The notes below the pieces were generated by a model that saw nothing but the letters and a program-made list of their open reading frames with translations, did not search any database and was not told the origin of the DNA. Below, in pieces: positions 1 through 9,711 of a stretch of DNA of 64,000 nt. A program made the position numbers and the translations under genes. This stretch comes from Marinicella sp. (GTDB lineage Bacteria; Pseudomonadota; Gammaproteobacteria; Xanthomonadales; Marinicellaceae): positions 1,216,001 through 1,280,000 of the forward strand of contig OZ246001.1 of NCBI GenBank assembly GCA_965230295.1, read 5' to 3'. The number at the start of each line of letters is the position of its first letter. The stretch's first letter is position 1.

Positions 1-2
1 AC

Positions 3-122
3 GGGACACGAGCTGATTTTGACTTCATTCGATTTGCCCAATCACCGCCCCAATCGCAATCAGAATGTACCACTGCATTCAATAACATCAACGACTTGAT
101 TTTTGCCGATGATTTTGAGTGA
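3..122 (+). CDS. 3' end of a gene truncated by the window edge; ends in ...NDLIFADDFE*
   Basis: Manual translation of frame 3: GTRADFDFIRFAQSPPQSQSECTTAFNNINDLIFADDFE, stop TGA 120-122. Not in the ORF track. Confidence 0.75.
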   Translation, partial: GTRADFDFIRFAQSPPQSQSECTTAFNNINDLIFADDFE

Positions 123-168
123 TGGGTCGTTGGGTTAAAATACCCTTTTTGTCTGAATCGCATCAATC

Positions 169-942
169 ATGTCACATCTGAAAACCAACAGAGAATCATG
201 GAATCAACGGGTCGAAACCCATTTCAATTCAAAATTTTATGATGTGCCTGGCTTTCTTGCTGGCAACACTTCATTGAATGACATTGAGTTAAGCGGCCTG
301 ACAGATGTTGCCGGTAAAACCTTGCTGCATTTACAGTGCCATTTCGGCTTAGACTCTTTATCTTGGGCCAGATTGGGGGCCAATGTCACGGGTGTGGACA
401 TTTCTGATGTCGCCATCACCAAAGCCAATGACTTGCAAACCAAAACTGGCTTGAATGCAAAGTTCGTTGCGGCTGATGTTTATCAATTTGGCCTGATCAA
501 TCAACAACAATTTGATGTCGTTTTCACTTCATACGGTGCCATCTGCTGGTTACCGGATTTAACTCAATGGGCTCAAGTGGTGGCCAGCAGTTTAAATACT
601 GGAGGCTCATTTTTTATGGCGGAATTCCATCCAGTCATGGATTTAATCAGTGGCTACAGTTATTTCCACAACCCGGATCCAGATTTGTCGATGGAGGACA
701 CATACACCGAAAACGCTGATGGATCACAGCATGAGTTTGCGGTTTGGTCACATCCCATCAGTGATGTGTTGAATGCTTTGATCGAGGCTGGAATGCAGAT
801 TGAAGCTTATCATGAATATGATTACAGCCCCTATAACTGCTTCCCAAACATGCAAGAAAGTCATCCAGGTCAATTTTCAATCCTTCACGAAGGCCAAAAA
901 GTACCCGTGGTGTACGCTGTTAAGGCCACCAAAACAAAATGA
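169..942 (+). CDS. class I SAM-dependent methyltransferase
   Basis: LLHLQCHFGLD motif I variant, VTGVDIS, FDVVFTSYG. Confidence 0.9.
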   Translation: MSHLKTNRESWNQRVETHFNSKFYDVPGFLAGNTSLNDIELSGLTDVAGKTLLHLQCHFGLDSLSWARLGANVTGVDISDVAITKANDLQTKTGLNAKFVAADVYQFGLINQQQFDVVFTSYGAICWLPDLTQWAQVVASSLNTGGSFFMAEFHPVMDLISGYSYFHNPDPDLSMEDTYTENADGSQHEFAVWSHPISDVLNALIEAGMQIEAYHEYDYSPYNCFPNMQESHPGQFSILHEGQKVPVVYAVKATKTK

Positions 943-970
943 AACCACCCAGAATAAAACTGGGTGGTTT
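942..970. terminator. hairpin between convergent genes, likely bidirectional terminator
   Basis: aaaccacccag-aataaaa-ctgggtggttt perfect 11-bp inverted repeat. Confidence 0.75.
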
Positions 971-987
971 GCAGTCAGAACGGTCTA

Positions 988-3900
988 TTAATCTATGCCT
1001 TGATTGCGTTTAAACTTGGGCACCAGCAGCCACAATAAATAAGCCGCCCCTCCAACCAAGGCGGCGCTCAAGGGCATCACAGGGCTGGCTTTAAAATACG
1101 ACAATGAAAAGATCAATCCCAACAATCCTGTGGTGAATATTGGCAACAAAACCCGAGGCTTCATGGCTGAGGTTTTGAATGCAAATATCACCAACCAAAT
1201 CATAACCACACTGATCAGGCTGATCATCAAGCCCACCAGGTTGCCTTGTTCTGAGGCATAACGGATGGCGAATCCAGCCACTGCGTCTGACTGGTTGGCA
1301 TAGAGTTTTTCAAATCGATACAAAATACCTTGCTTGGGCACGGTCATGCGCAGGGGTTTACCCATTTGAATTGATCCATTCAAGTCATTGGAGCGATCAT
1401 TCATACCCATTTTATGTGGGTTGACCATGCGCTTGGCGCTGATCACATTCATGTTGGTGTCGACTGCCTGGTAATTGGGACCTTGAGGTAAATACACATC
1501 CCAAAAACTGTGTGTCACCACCATGTCTGGTATAGGCAGTTGGGCTTTGAGCGTGCCAAACAAACCCATTTTTGCAATCGGCACTGCATACACCACTTCA
1601 ACCGGAAAGCCAGTGGCTGAATTGAGCATCTTGATCAGAATATCCTGGCTCAAATCAGATTGGTTTTTGGCGTTGGCAGGTTTTTCCGCTTGACCATCAA
1701 CAAACACCGACCACACTTCGGCTTCTGCCGGTAAACTCAAACGCAAAAACTGCAACCTGGAATTGCGCACATCAAACCTCGCCGTGGTAACAGCCAGACC
1801 GTCATCGGTGACCAATGTTTGGTAATCAGCCGTTTCAATCGCAGCGACTTGGGTGGCCAATTCTTGGTGGCGGGTCATCTTCAAACTCAGTTGATGGGGA
1901 GAGTCGGCATTGACGTATTTGAAGGCCAACAAAATGGGGTTGGTGGTTTTCAACACCAGCTGCTGTGGCAATTCATTGATTTCCAAAGTCGACAACTGGG
2001 TCGTTTTGGCAGCTTGGATTTCTACCGCTGTCAAAGCTTCAACGGCAATGCGCCCATGTTGAACTTCCGCACCTGAGACTTGAATCGTGGGTACTGCCAG
2101 TTCGGACTGGCTGTCACTGAGGATGTATTCGTAGTTAACTTCCAATTGAAATTGTCCGGTCATTTCCTGGGTGAATTCCACTTCAATGGTTTGACCGTCT
2201 TCCTGACCTTCGACTTGGTGGTTTCGCAATGAAGGTCCGGTCACATTCAGCACATTGACACCTTTCGGGATGGATAAATTCAGATCAACCAAACTCCCTG
2301 ATTTCACATCAATTTGAATCCCAGCGCTGCCACGCATGGTCACTTCCCCCAATGAAACCAAGGTATCTACTTGGGCATCGTATTTGCCTTGCTTGCGGAT
2401 CGGTGCCATGGTGTTGACAGTCAACAAAGGCTGCGCACTGGTGTATTTAAAGGTGTGGGCAATGGTTTGGCTGATTTGGTTGCGGAAAAATGCCGGCAGC
2501 TGGTTTTCTCCCACTCGGGATACGCCTTGCTCCTTGATCGGTTTTAAAGTCAATTCATTACCCACCAACAAAGCCACAATGCCACGTTGTCGGTGCATGT
2601 TATTGGCCCGAATGATGGGCACTTTGATCGCTTGTGCCGCTTCTGGATCCGTTGACTGGCCTAACAGTTGCTCATATTCGACGTGTAATTGAAACTGGGA
2701 TTTGACTTTGCGGTCCAGATACACGTTGATGGTTTTTACAACCTCCCCTGCTTCTTCAGTCCAGTCAGAAATACCTGCCGTTTGAGCCTTGATGCGATTC
2801 ACCTGTGCCGCCACCGGCAGCTCAAAAGACAGCATGGATGTTTCACCTTGCGTGATTTCATAATCAATCAAACCACGGCCATACAACACCCCTTCTTCGG
2901 CTGAAATGGCATGGTAGATGTTGGCATTGGCCCTGACTTTTTCGAGGATGTCTTTGGGAATGGCGTCAATCCATGAAATGTTGACCGCTTCAGACAAGGG
3001 AATGAATGCCTGGCCGGTGGTGAAGTCATCATCGCTCTGGGTCAGCACCTGACTCTTGGGAGAAAAAGTGATGTCCTTCTTACCAGGCAGCTTCAGTTCA
3101 AATTCTGAAATGGCCACTTGTGGGATCGGGAATGACACCGCAGGCGGCCCTTGTTGTTGCACCACCGGGGTTTGAAATGTGACATCCAATTGGTGTTGGC
3201 CACGGCCCTGGATCATGACTTTAAAGTAACCTTCATCTAACAGCACCGTCGCGGGTTGTTGATCGATCAACACCTCATTGAGGATCACCGAATCCGGCAT
3301 GATGGGCAATTCCACCGATTCGCCAGTAAACAGTTCCACCTGATAATTGGCTGCAAAGGTAAAGGCTTGATCGATCAATTCACCTGAGTACTTGGCGCGA
3401 CTGACCACATAGGGTCGTTTGGTGGGAACCCGCCAAGTAATCAAGAATGCCGATGTGGTGGGTATGTCAGCAGTCAGGGTGTTGGTGTCATTTTGGCTGA
3501 CCATCAGCTGATCAGATGACGGGATAACGGCCATGTCTAATTCTTGGCCATTGAAATGCACGGTCAACTCGGTGGATGAAGCCCGTGGTATGGGCACCGG
3601 TAATACAAAACCTTGGTCAGATCGTTGGGCATCGATGGTGTAGTTGATCACCAAACGTGAAATACCTGATTGTTGGGTACTCCATGACATCCATTCAGCA
3701 TCTTGTACCAATTGAATGGCCTGCCCGTCAATCATCACCGATGAAATCGCAGCCCCATAGGGTAAAACGGGAATCAGCGTCCACTGGTCCTCGAACACCT
3801 CAATGCTGGCACTGATTTGGACTTCAGCTGTGGTGCGATCTTCCTGTTCGGTTAACACCACTGTGGCTGCTGACTGCCCGATGGCATAAGCCACCGGCGC

Positions 3901-4080
3901 CGAATCTTCGGGTTTCCTGGCATCTTCAATCAGCTTGATGTAGTTGGCCAAGGGAACCCTGACATCCCCTCCAGGAACAGTCAAGTCAGTGGTTGTTAGA
4001 GTTCCGTTGGCTGGGTTAATGGTTTTGGCTGAGGCCAAATTGGTCAGCATCAACAACAGGATTAAGCATAAATTTTTCAT
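988..4080 (-). CDS. large exported protein with repeated beta-rich modules and C-terminal membrane anchor
   Basis: Likely start MKNLCLILLLMLTNLASA (signal peptide) after GAGGA RBS; about 5 similar segments; about 3 C-terminal TM helices. Confidence 0.8.
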   Translation of the reverse strand: MKNLCLILLLMLTNLASAKTINPANGTLTTTDLTVPGGDVRVPLANYIKLIEDARKPEDSAPVAYAIGQSAATVVLTEQEDRTTAEVQISASIEVFEDQWTLIPVLPYGAAISSVMIDGQAIQLVQDAEWMSWSTQQSGISRLVINYTIDAQRSDQGFVLPVPIPRASSTELTVHFNGQELDMAVIPSSDQLMVSQNDTNTLTADIPTTSAFLITWRVPTKRPYVVSRAKYSGELIDQAFTFAANYQVELFTGESVELPIMPDSVILNEVLIDQQPATVLLDEGYFKVMIQGRGQHQLDVTFQTPVVQQQGPPAVSFPIPQVAISEFELKLPGKKDITFSPKSQVLTQSDDDFTTGQAFIPLSEAVNISWIDAIPKDILEKVRANANIYHAISAEEGVLYGRGLIDYEITQGETSMLSFELPVAAQVNRIKAQTAGISDWTEEAGEVVKTINVYLDRKVKSQFQLHVEYEQLLGQSTDPEAAQAIKVPIIRANNMHRQRGIVALLVGNELTLKPIKEQGVSRVGENQLPAFFRNQISQTIAHTFKYTSAQPLLTVNTMAPIRKQGKYDAQVDTLVSLGEVTMRGSAGIQIDVKSGSLVDLNLSIPKGVNVLNVTGPSLRNHQVEGQEDGQTIEVEFTQEMTGQFQLEVNYEYILSDSQSELAVPTIQVSGAEVQHGRIAVEALTAVEIQAAKTTQLSTLEINELPQQLVLKTTNPILLAFKYVNADSPHQLSLKMTRHQELATQVAAIETADYQTLVTDDGLAVTTARFDVRNSRLQFLRLSLPAEAEVWSVFVDGQAEKPANAKNQSDLSQDILIKMLNSATGFPVEVVYAVPIAKMGLFGTLKAQLPIPDMVVTHSFWDVYLPQGPNYQAVDTNMNVISAKRMVNPHKMGMNDRSNDLNGSIQMGKPLRMTVPKQGILYRFEKLYANQSDAVAGFAIRYASEQGNLVGLMISLISVVMIWLVIFAFKTSAMKPRVLLPIFTTGLLGLIFSLSYFKASPVMPLSAALVGGAAYLLWLLVPKFKRNQGID

Positions 4081-4172
4081 GGTCTTGTCCTCATTCTTCA
4101 GGCGCAAGGGCGCCCAGTGGTTACAAAATAGGGTTTAACAAATGGTGTTCCGGGTTTGGTTAGGTCAGCCGA

Positions 4173-6977
4173 TCATGGGCTGTGGGTCAATAATCGCCGC
4201 CAACTGTTGACATTCATCGACGTCACAATCAATTGGTATTGCTCAGGGTTGATACTGGACTGTGTGGTCAACAATTTCGCATATTGTTTGATCACCTGTT
4301 CATCTTGCATGATTTCCCGGTCTTCTTTCCATGCTGGAATCTGTGTCCGCATGGCTTGTAACAAGCGCAACATGTTTGACAACTCCTGTATCGCCTCATC
4401 GTGTTTGTTCTCATGCAACAAGCTTGCTGCTTGTTTCATGGTTGTGGCGAAGCGGTGGGCCAATACATTTTTCATCACATTCAGCTCCAAGGGTGAAAGT
4501 TGATTGGATCCCATGGCCAAATCCAGGGTTTTGCTGCTGCTGGCGTTGCGCAAGTAGATCAGGTCTTTGTACTTGGCATTCACTTCCACAACCGGTACAG
4601 CCTGGCGGCTACCGCTGTGATTGACCAACACATCCAACAGCACCACATGAGTGTCGCCTGCAAAGAAGCTGGGGATCACCATTTGGATGCCGTCTTCGTC
4701 TTCTCCCCGATCAGCTTGGATGCCGAGGTTTTTGGCCATGCGTTGATCCAGACTTTGTTCGGCCTCCCTGACTTGTTGTGCCTGGGCATCATCCAGGGAA
4801 TAAGAACCCAGCACATCGACCAGTTGCACGCCTTCAGCCAAACGGATTTGTAAGCGCAAGGCCCTGGCTACGGCCCGGGATGCTGCCATCATTTCGGCCT
4901 GAATCACCCGCTCGGCATCATTGACACCGGTCATCACCCGGCTATGCCCTTGTCCTTGTAAGGCCAATCGTTCCAAAGGATCGCGTTGGAAAGCGTCACC
5001 CATGGCCAAGGTACTGAAGGTGATGCCTTCGGTGGCATGGCGATGCACCGCATGTTCCAATGGTTTGGTTACCAAGGCATTGCTGTTGGCAGAAACCAAC
5101 CAAACTGCACTGGAACCCAACACGGCATTGGGGTCGTCCTGGGTTTTCAGCCATTGGGTGGCCGCTTGGATGCTCTGCTCCAGGCTGACGTGGGTTTGTT
5201 CAACTTCAACTGGTTTGGTGAACAAATTATTCAACATCACTTGAATGGGGCCATGCCTGAAATCACTGGCTTGGATCAACTGCCCCCCACCTGCGCCGGT
5301 GAAGAACACCGACACTTGGTCAGAAGATCTTTTGTTTTTCAACAAGGCATCCAGCAGTGCTTTCAGTTCGTCTTGGACGGGTTGCTCACCCAGGTCCAAG
5401 ACCAAGGCCAAATTCAAGGCTGAACGGTGGCCCCCTTTTTGTTTGCCTGCTTGCAGACCCACTTGTAGCCGCATGCGGGTGGGGCCAGTGGCCTCCAGAC
5501 TGTTGCGATCACTGTTCACATACAAGGCCAGGGCCGAGTTACTGGGTGCATCAAAAGGCTGTGCGTTTTGTCTGACTGCAGGCAGTTCAAGCGAACTTGA
5601 TTGTGCCAATTGCGCTTGCAGCCAACGCATGTTCGAATCACCAGGAATGTAGGTGTTGGCCCAATAACCAGTGGCGGCTTTGAAACTCAGACCTTCGGTG
5701 TTGGCCAGCTGGTCCAGGTAGGTTTGAGCATCCCTTTGTCTGATTGACAGCGGCGCCTGTTCTACCGCAGCAGATTCTTCGGTCATTTCGACATCAGATC
5801 GTTTGATCCTGGAACCAGTGACTCTGATGCGCTCTGTCACCACATCGTCTTGCTCATCATCCCGACCTGCCCCTGCCAAGTTCGCTTGACGGTTGTCTTT
5901 GCGCAGGTAGCCTTTGTTGGCTTCGTCCAGGCTTTGACGCCGCGGTGCGGGGGCGTTGTTACTGACCAAACCATCTGCTGGCATGCTGTCTGCTTTCAGC
6001 TTGGCTTGCTCTTCTCTTTGTGCACGAAATTCTGTTTCTCTTTTAGAATCAACTTGAGGTGAAACTTTTCCAACTCGATCTACACCCAACTCTTCTAAAG
6101 ATCTGTTAACATGTATTTGGTCTTTTGAAATCGGACTTGAGAATTCATTTCCAGATATAACGGATTCATCCAAATCAACTGCATCAGGCTTAGACTCCTT
6201 CTTCTTTTCAGCCGCTTTGGCTTTGTCTTCAAACCAGGCTGCTTCCTGACTGGATTCGGCTTCTTCTATCATGGCACCAAGTTTCGGCTCGGTTCGAGTT
6301 AACATGTCCATATCCGGGGATTCACGCAACAGATCCGGCATGGGTGGCGCAGCCAAATGTGGTATGGCTTCAGTCGCAGGTTCGGGGGTAACAAAAGCAC
6401 CGGGCTCAGTCCCTTGCAGTTGCTTCAGTGTTTCACCTACTGAAGCTGACTCACTAGGTGCTGCCACATTCATGCTTTGAACCCGTCTGTTTCGTTCGAT
6501 GTTCACTTCATCAATGTCCACCAACTCTACGGTGATGTCATCGACGGCCTCACCTTCAGGGTCTATCCATGGGGTTTCTTTCGATGCCTCGGGTTTGGCC
6601 TGTTCAGTGGCAACCGTGACTTCACCGAAGTCACCCTGGAATTCAGAAATGGTGCCGTCGTACAACAAACCGACCACAGCCACCAGCACAAAAGAGGCGG
6701 CCAGGCCTGAGGCCCATTGTTGGTTGATTCTTTTGCGGTTGACCGGTTGGTTGTTGTTGGCTTCTTGTTGGACCGCAGCCAAAGTCCTGGCAAACACGTC
6801 ATCACTGACATCGTGTTCGGGCAGTTGGTCCACTTGCTGTTGTAGGCTCAATAAGTCTTCATAATAAGCCGCACATGCACTGCATTGCTTAAGGTGTTGT
6901 TCCAGAGCTGGATCCTGGATGGTCATCGACACATCCAGATCGAGCAGCTGCTGTCTGATGTGATCGCATTTATTCAT
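4173..6977 (-). CDS. putative zinc-binding anti-sigma factor fused to a periplasmic degenerate vWA domain
   Basis: N-terminal C...HLKQCSAC (HxxxCxxC ZAS motif), one TM helix, acidic linker, LNLALVLD vWA-like strand; start overlaps the sigma factor stop. Confidence 0.8.
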   Translation of the reverse strand: MNKCDHIRQQLLDLDVSMTIQDPALEQHLKQCSACAAYYEDLLSLQQQVDQLPEHDVSDDVFARTLAAVQQEANNNQPVNRKRINQQWASGLAASFVLVAVVGLLYDGTISEFQGDFGEVTVATEQAKPEASKETPWIDPEGEAVDDITVELVDIDEVNIERNRRVQSMNVAAPSESASVGETLKQLQGTEPGAFVTPEPATEAIPHLAAPPMPDLLRESPDMDMLTRTEPKLGAMIEEAESSQEAAWFEDKAKAAEKKKESKPDAVDLDESVISGNEFSSPISKDQIHVNRSLEELGVDRVGKVSPQVDSKRETEFRAQREEQAKLKADSMPADGLVSNNAPAPRRQSLDEANKGYLRKDNRQANLAGAGRDDEQDDVVTERIRVTGSRIKRSDVEMTEESAAVEQAPLSIRQRDAQTYLDQLANTEGLSFKAATGYWANTYIPGDSNMRWLQAQLAQSSSLELPAVRQNAQPFDAPSNSALALYVNSDRNSLEATGPTRMRLQVGLQAGKQKGGHRSALNLALVLDLGEQPVQDELKALLDALLKNKRSSDQVSVFFTGAGGGQLIQASDFRHGPIQVMLNNLFTKPVEVEQTHVSLEQSIQAATQWLKTQDDPNAVLGSSAVWLVSANSNALVTKPLEHAVHRHATEGITFSTLAMGDAFQRDPLERLALQGQGHSRVMTGVNDAERVIQAEMMAASRAVARALRLQIRLAEGVQLVDVLGSYSLDDAQAQQVREAEQSLDQRMAKNLGIQADRGEDEDGIQMVIPSFFAGDTHVVLLDVLVNHSGSRQAVPVVEVNAKYKDLIYLRNASSSKTLDLAMGSNQLSPLELNVMKNVLAHRFATTMKQAASLLHENKHDEAIQELSNMLRLLQAMRTQIPAWKEDREIMQDEQVIKQYAKLLTTQSSINPEQYQLIVTSMNVNSWRRLLTHSP

Positions 6978-7596
6978 GGTTGACTCCTGATGGACGCACT
7001 TGGGTTTCAGGCGCATTTTGTTGGGCCTGAAAAGCCGACAATAAAGTTTGTCGAGCACGTCTGAGTTGTGATTTGATGGTGTTGATGGGCAGCCCCAATG
7101 CGGCCCCCACTTCTTTGATTTTCATGCCCTTAACAACAGACAATGTAAAGGCTTCCGCTTGGGCTTGTGGCAGCTTGATTACAGCCTGTTCCAACCAGTT
7201 GATGGTCTCGTCCAATTGTGCTGATTTTTCAGGTGTGGGCTGCTCGTCTTCAATCGTCTCGGCATCTTCTATTGCATAGCCCTTCAGTTGCTTTTTTCGT
7301 TGGAAATCTCGCAATGTGTTGACTGCAATGGTGAAAATCCAGGGACCCAAGGGTCGATTGGGTTGGTAGGTATGAGCGGCTTTGTGGATTTTTAGAAAAA
7401 TCTCCTGAAACACATCGTCTCTTTGTTGTGACTCCAAGCCGTGACGGACCAAAAATGAGTAGAGTGGTTTGCGGTAGGCTTGCATCAGTTTAACAAAAGC
7501 CTGTTGATCACCCCGCAAATGAGCAGCCAGCCAGGTACGCTCTTCGAGATCCACCACTCGGGGTTCGGTTTTATGTTGGCTGGTTAGTTGCGGCAT
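6970..7596 (-). CDS. ECF RNA polymerase sigma factor (sigma-70 family)
   Basis: GDQQAF, DVFQEIFLKI, WIFTIAVN region 2; LPQAQAEAF...GLPINTIKSQLRRAR region 4; alternative GTG start at 7605. Confidence 0.92.
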   Translation of the reverse strand: MPQLTSQHKTEPRVVDLEERTWLAAHLRGDQQAFVKLMQAYRKPLYSFLVRHGLESQQRDDVFQEIFLKIHKAAHTYQPNRPLGPWIFTIAVNTLRDFQRKKQLKGYAIEDAETIEDEQPTPEKSAQLDETINWLEQAVIKLPQAQAEAFTLSVVKGMKIKEVGAALGLPINTIKSQLRRARQTLLSAFQAQQNAPETQVRPSGVNHE

Positions 7597-7677
7597 GGTT
7601 GGCACTGTCTGTTTTCAAGCTGTACATACCCCACTATACCCCTGCCAACCAAAAAGGTTGCATTTTGAGTGAAAAAA

Positions 7678-8280
7678 TTACTGACAGCTTTTAACTTCTT
7701 GTTGAACAGCTTGCTCATCCACCACATAACACTGGTCTAACATGGAACAATAACAGGCCTCAAAGCCAAAATCAAAACGGATGTCATTCAACAACTCCCA
7801 CAACTCACTGGTGTCTTCAGCATATTTGAATTTCAGAAACACATGCACATCTTGACCGGCAATGATGGTGTTGGTCAAAGGACTGGTAATGAACCAGGGT
7901 AATTCGCCAGCGGCCTGCTTTTCTTGGGTATAAAATTTCTTGACCACCGATTCACAACAATCATGTAACAACCTGAAAATATTGGGGTAGGATTTATTTC
8001 GATAACTGAATTCAACAGAGCGTATCAAAGCAGGCCCAATGCCGGCATTTTTCAAGGAAAAATTGATCACCCTTTCATCGTCTCCCATGGCATTGCCATG
8101 TCCATATTGCAACATCGGCAAGGTCATGGCTTTGACTTGCTTGTTGGCGGCATCGGCTTGCAAATAAGTGGCATAGAAAGAAGCGGCTGAAATCAAAATG
8201 GCACACACCGCAATGATAAAGTTCAAACGTTCACCACTGGGTTTTTCAGTTTGGTGAATAATCTCTTCGGGTTCTGACAT
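7678..8280 (-). CDS. hypothetical membrane-anchored protein
   Basis: 200-aa ORF, N-terminal TM, C-terminal CYCS..C motif. Confidence 0.7.
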   Translation of the reverse strand: MSEPEEIIHQTEKPSGERLNFIIAVCAILISAASFYATYLQADAANKQVKAMTLPMLQYGHGNAMGDDERVINFSLKNAGIGPALIRSVEFSYRNKSYPNIFRLLHDCCESVVKKFYTQEKQAAGELPWFITSPLTNTIIAGQDVHVFLKFKYAEDTSELWELLNDIRFDFGFEACYCSMLDQCYVVDEQAVQQEVKSCQ

Positions 8281-8382
8281 AAGTGACTAACCTCTGTGCT
8301 TGGTTGTTATTTTTCTGAATAAATCATTTACTTTCAACGCTGGTGAACTATGATATTCAGGATCAGACAATAAGGATATCAC

Positions 8383-8922
8383 ATGCACATAGTATTGGCA
8401 CTGGCTGGAGCCATCATCACCATCTTAATTCTCATGCGCCGCTTGGGCGATGCAGGCATTACCCTCGATAGCTTTAATCCGTTTGCATGGTATCGCAAAC
8501 ACAAGTGGTTGAGACGTTACCACACCAAACCATTATTCACCATTGACGACCCACAAAAAGTCGCGGCATTGTTGATTGTCTCTGTCGCCAAAGCTGATGG
8601 CCTCATTTCAATTGAAGAAAAAAATCAAATACTTGATATGTTTGAAAAAGAATTTGGCCACAGCAAAGAAGACGCTTCAGGTCTGTTTACCTCAAGTGCA
8701 TTTTTCTTGAAAGATGAAGATGAAATATCACCCCTTGTCCCAAAAATTCTTGAAATATCCGCTGCTAAATTCACAGAAAATCAAATCACATTTACTGTCG
8801 AGTGCATGAATAAAATATCTTCACTGAGTGCAGAAAACGCAACCAGCAAAGATAAAATCATCCATGAGTTCAAAAAGTACTTTGAAAGGCTTCACAAGAA
8901 ATCAAAATTTGACAGTGTCTGA
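8383..8922 (+). CDS. TerB-like (tellurite resistance / DjlA N-terminal-like) protein
   Basis: N-terminal TM; VAKADGLISIEEK motif. Confidence 0.75.
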   Translation: MHIVLALAGAIITILILMRRLGDAGITLDSFNPFAWYRKHKWLRRYHTKPLFTIDDPQKVAALLIVSVAKADGLISIEEKNQILDMFEKEFGHSKEDASGLFTSSAFFLKDEDEISPLVPKILEISAAKFTENQITFTVECMNKISSLSAENATSKDKIIHEFKKYFERLHKKSKFDSV

Positions 8923-9547
8923 TCTATTTTATAATACCAGCCAATCGATCGATGAAATCTACCCAGATCTTTTCTTACTGAGAAAATTCACATCCTTGGA
9001 ATCTTTATTGGACGACATCAAAAAAACAGTGTCCGCCGCCCCTTTCAGGTTCATGTACACACCAGGTGGTAAACGACTGAACATTTCCATGACCAACTGT
9101 GGTGATGTGGGTTGGATCAGCGAAGCCAGTGGATACCGTTATTCAGCATCAGACCCGACATCTGACCAACCTTGGCCTGAAATGCCAGCTTCATTCAAGT
9201 CTTTGGCCAAACAAGCTGCCAACTTGGCAGATTTTCCGGGGTTCGAACCCAATGCCTGCTTGATTAACCATTACAAAATGGGTCAAGAGTTAACCGCTCA
9301 TCAAGACAAAAACGAACCCGATCTGTCCCAACCCATCGTGTCTGTTTCCCTTGGCATGAGTGCCCGTTTTCAAATTTATGGTGATGCCAGAAACAACAAA
9401 CCGCAAGACATAGAACTGTATGACGGCGATGTGTTGGTTTGGGGTCGCACGGCGCGTTTGATCTACCATGGGGTGAAAACCAACCGCAGCCAACCACACC
9501 CTGTCTTGGGACCCCATCGGATTAACCTCACCTTGCGCAAGGTTTAA
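8915..9547 (+). CDS. alkB: DNA oxidative demethylase AlkB
   Basis: MTNCG.GW, ACLINHY, HQDKNE, HGV, RINLTLRK; likely GTG start at 8915 (ORF track extends to 8828). Confidence 0.9.
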   Translation: MSDLFYNTSQSIDEIYPDLFLLRKFTSLESLLDDIKKTVSAAPFRFMYTPGGKRLNISMTNCGDVGWISEASGYRYSASDPTSDQPWPEMPASFKSLAKQAANLADFPGFEPNACLINHYKMGQELTAHQDKNEPDLSQPIVSVSLGMSARFQIYGDARNNKPQDIELYDGDVLVWGRTARLIYHGVKTNRSQPHPVLGPHRINLTLRKV

Positions 9548-9580
9548 CCGTCTATTTATCAAAATGCCCTAACCGCACAC

Positions 9581-9624
9581 TGAGCGGAGTCGAAGTGAGC
9601 GGAGTCGAAGTGAGCAGAGTCGAG
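9581..9624 (+). repeat. three tandem 15-bp copies of TGAGCGGAGTCGAAG (REP-like family)
   Basis: Copies at 9581, 9596 and 9611 (third degenerate); same core at 53963-54013. Confidence 0.85.
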
Positions 9625-9711
9625 ATAAAACTAACCTTGAAATGAAAAAATCTTTGGCGCAATCTCTTGTTAGATTACGCATGTATGTATATACACTGGA
9701 CGAGAACCAAC

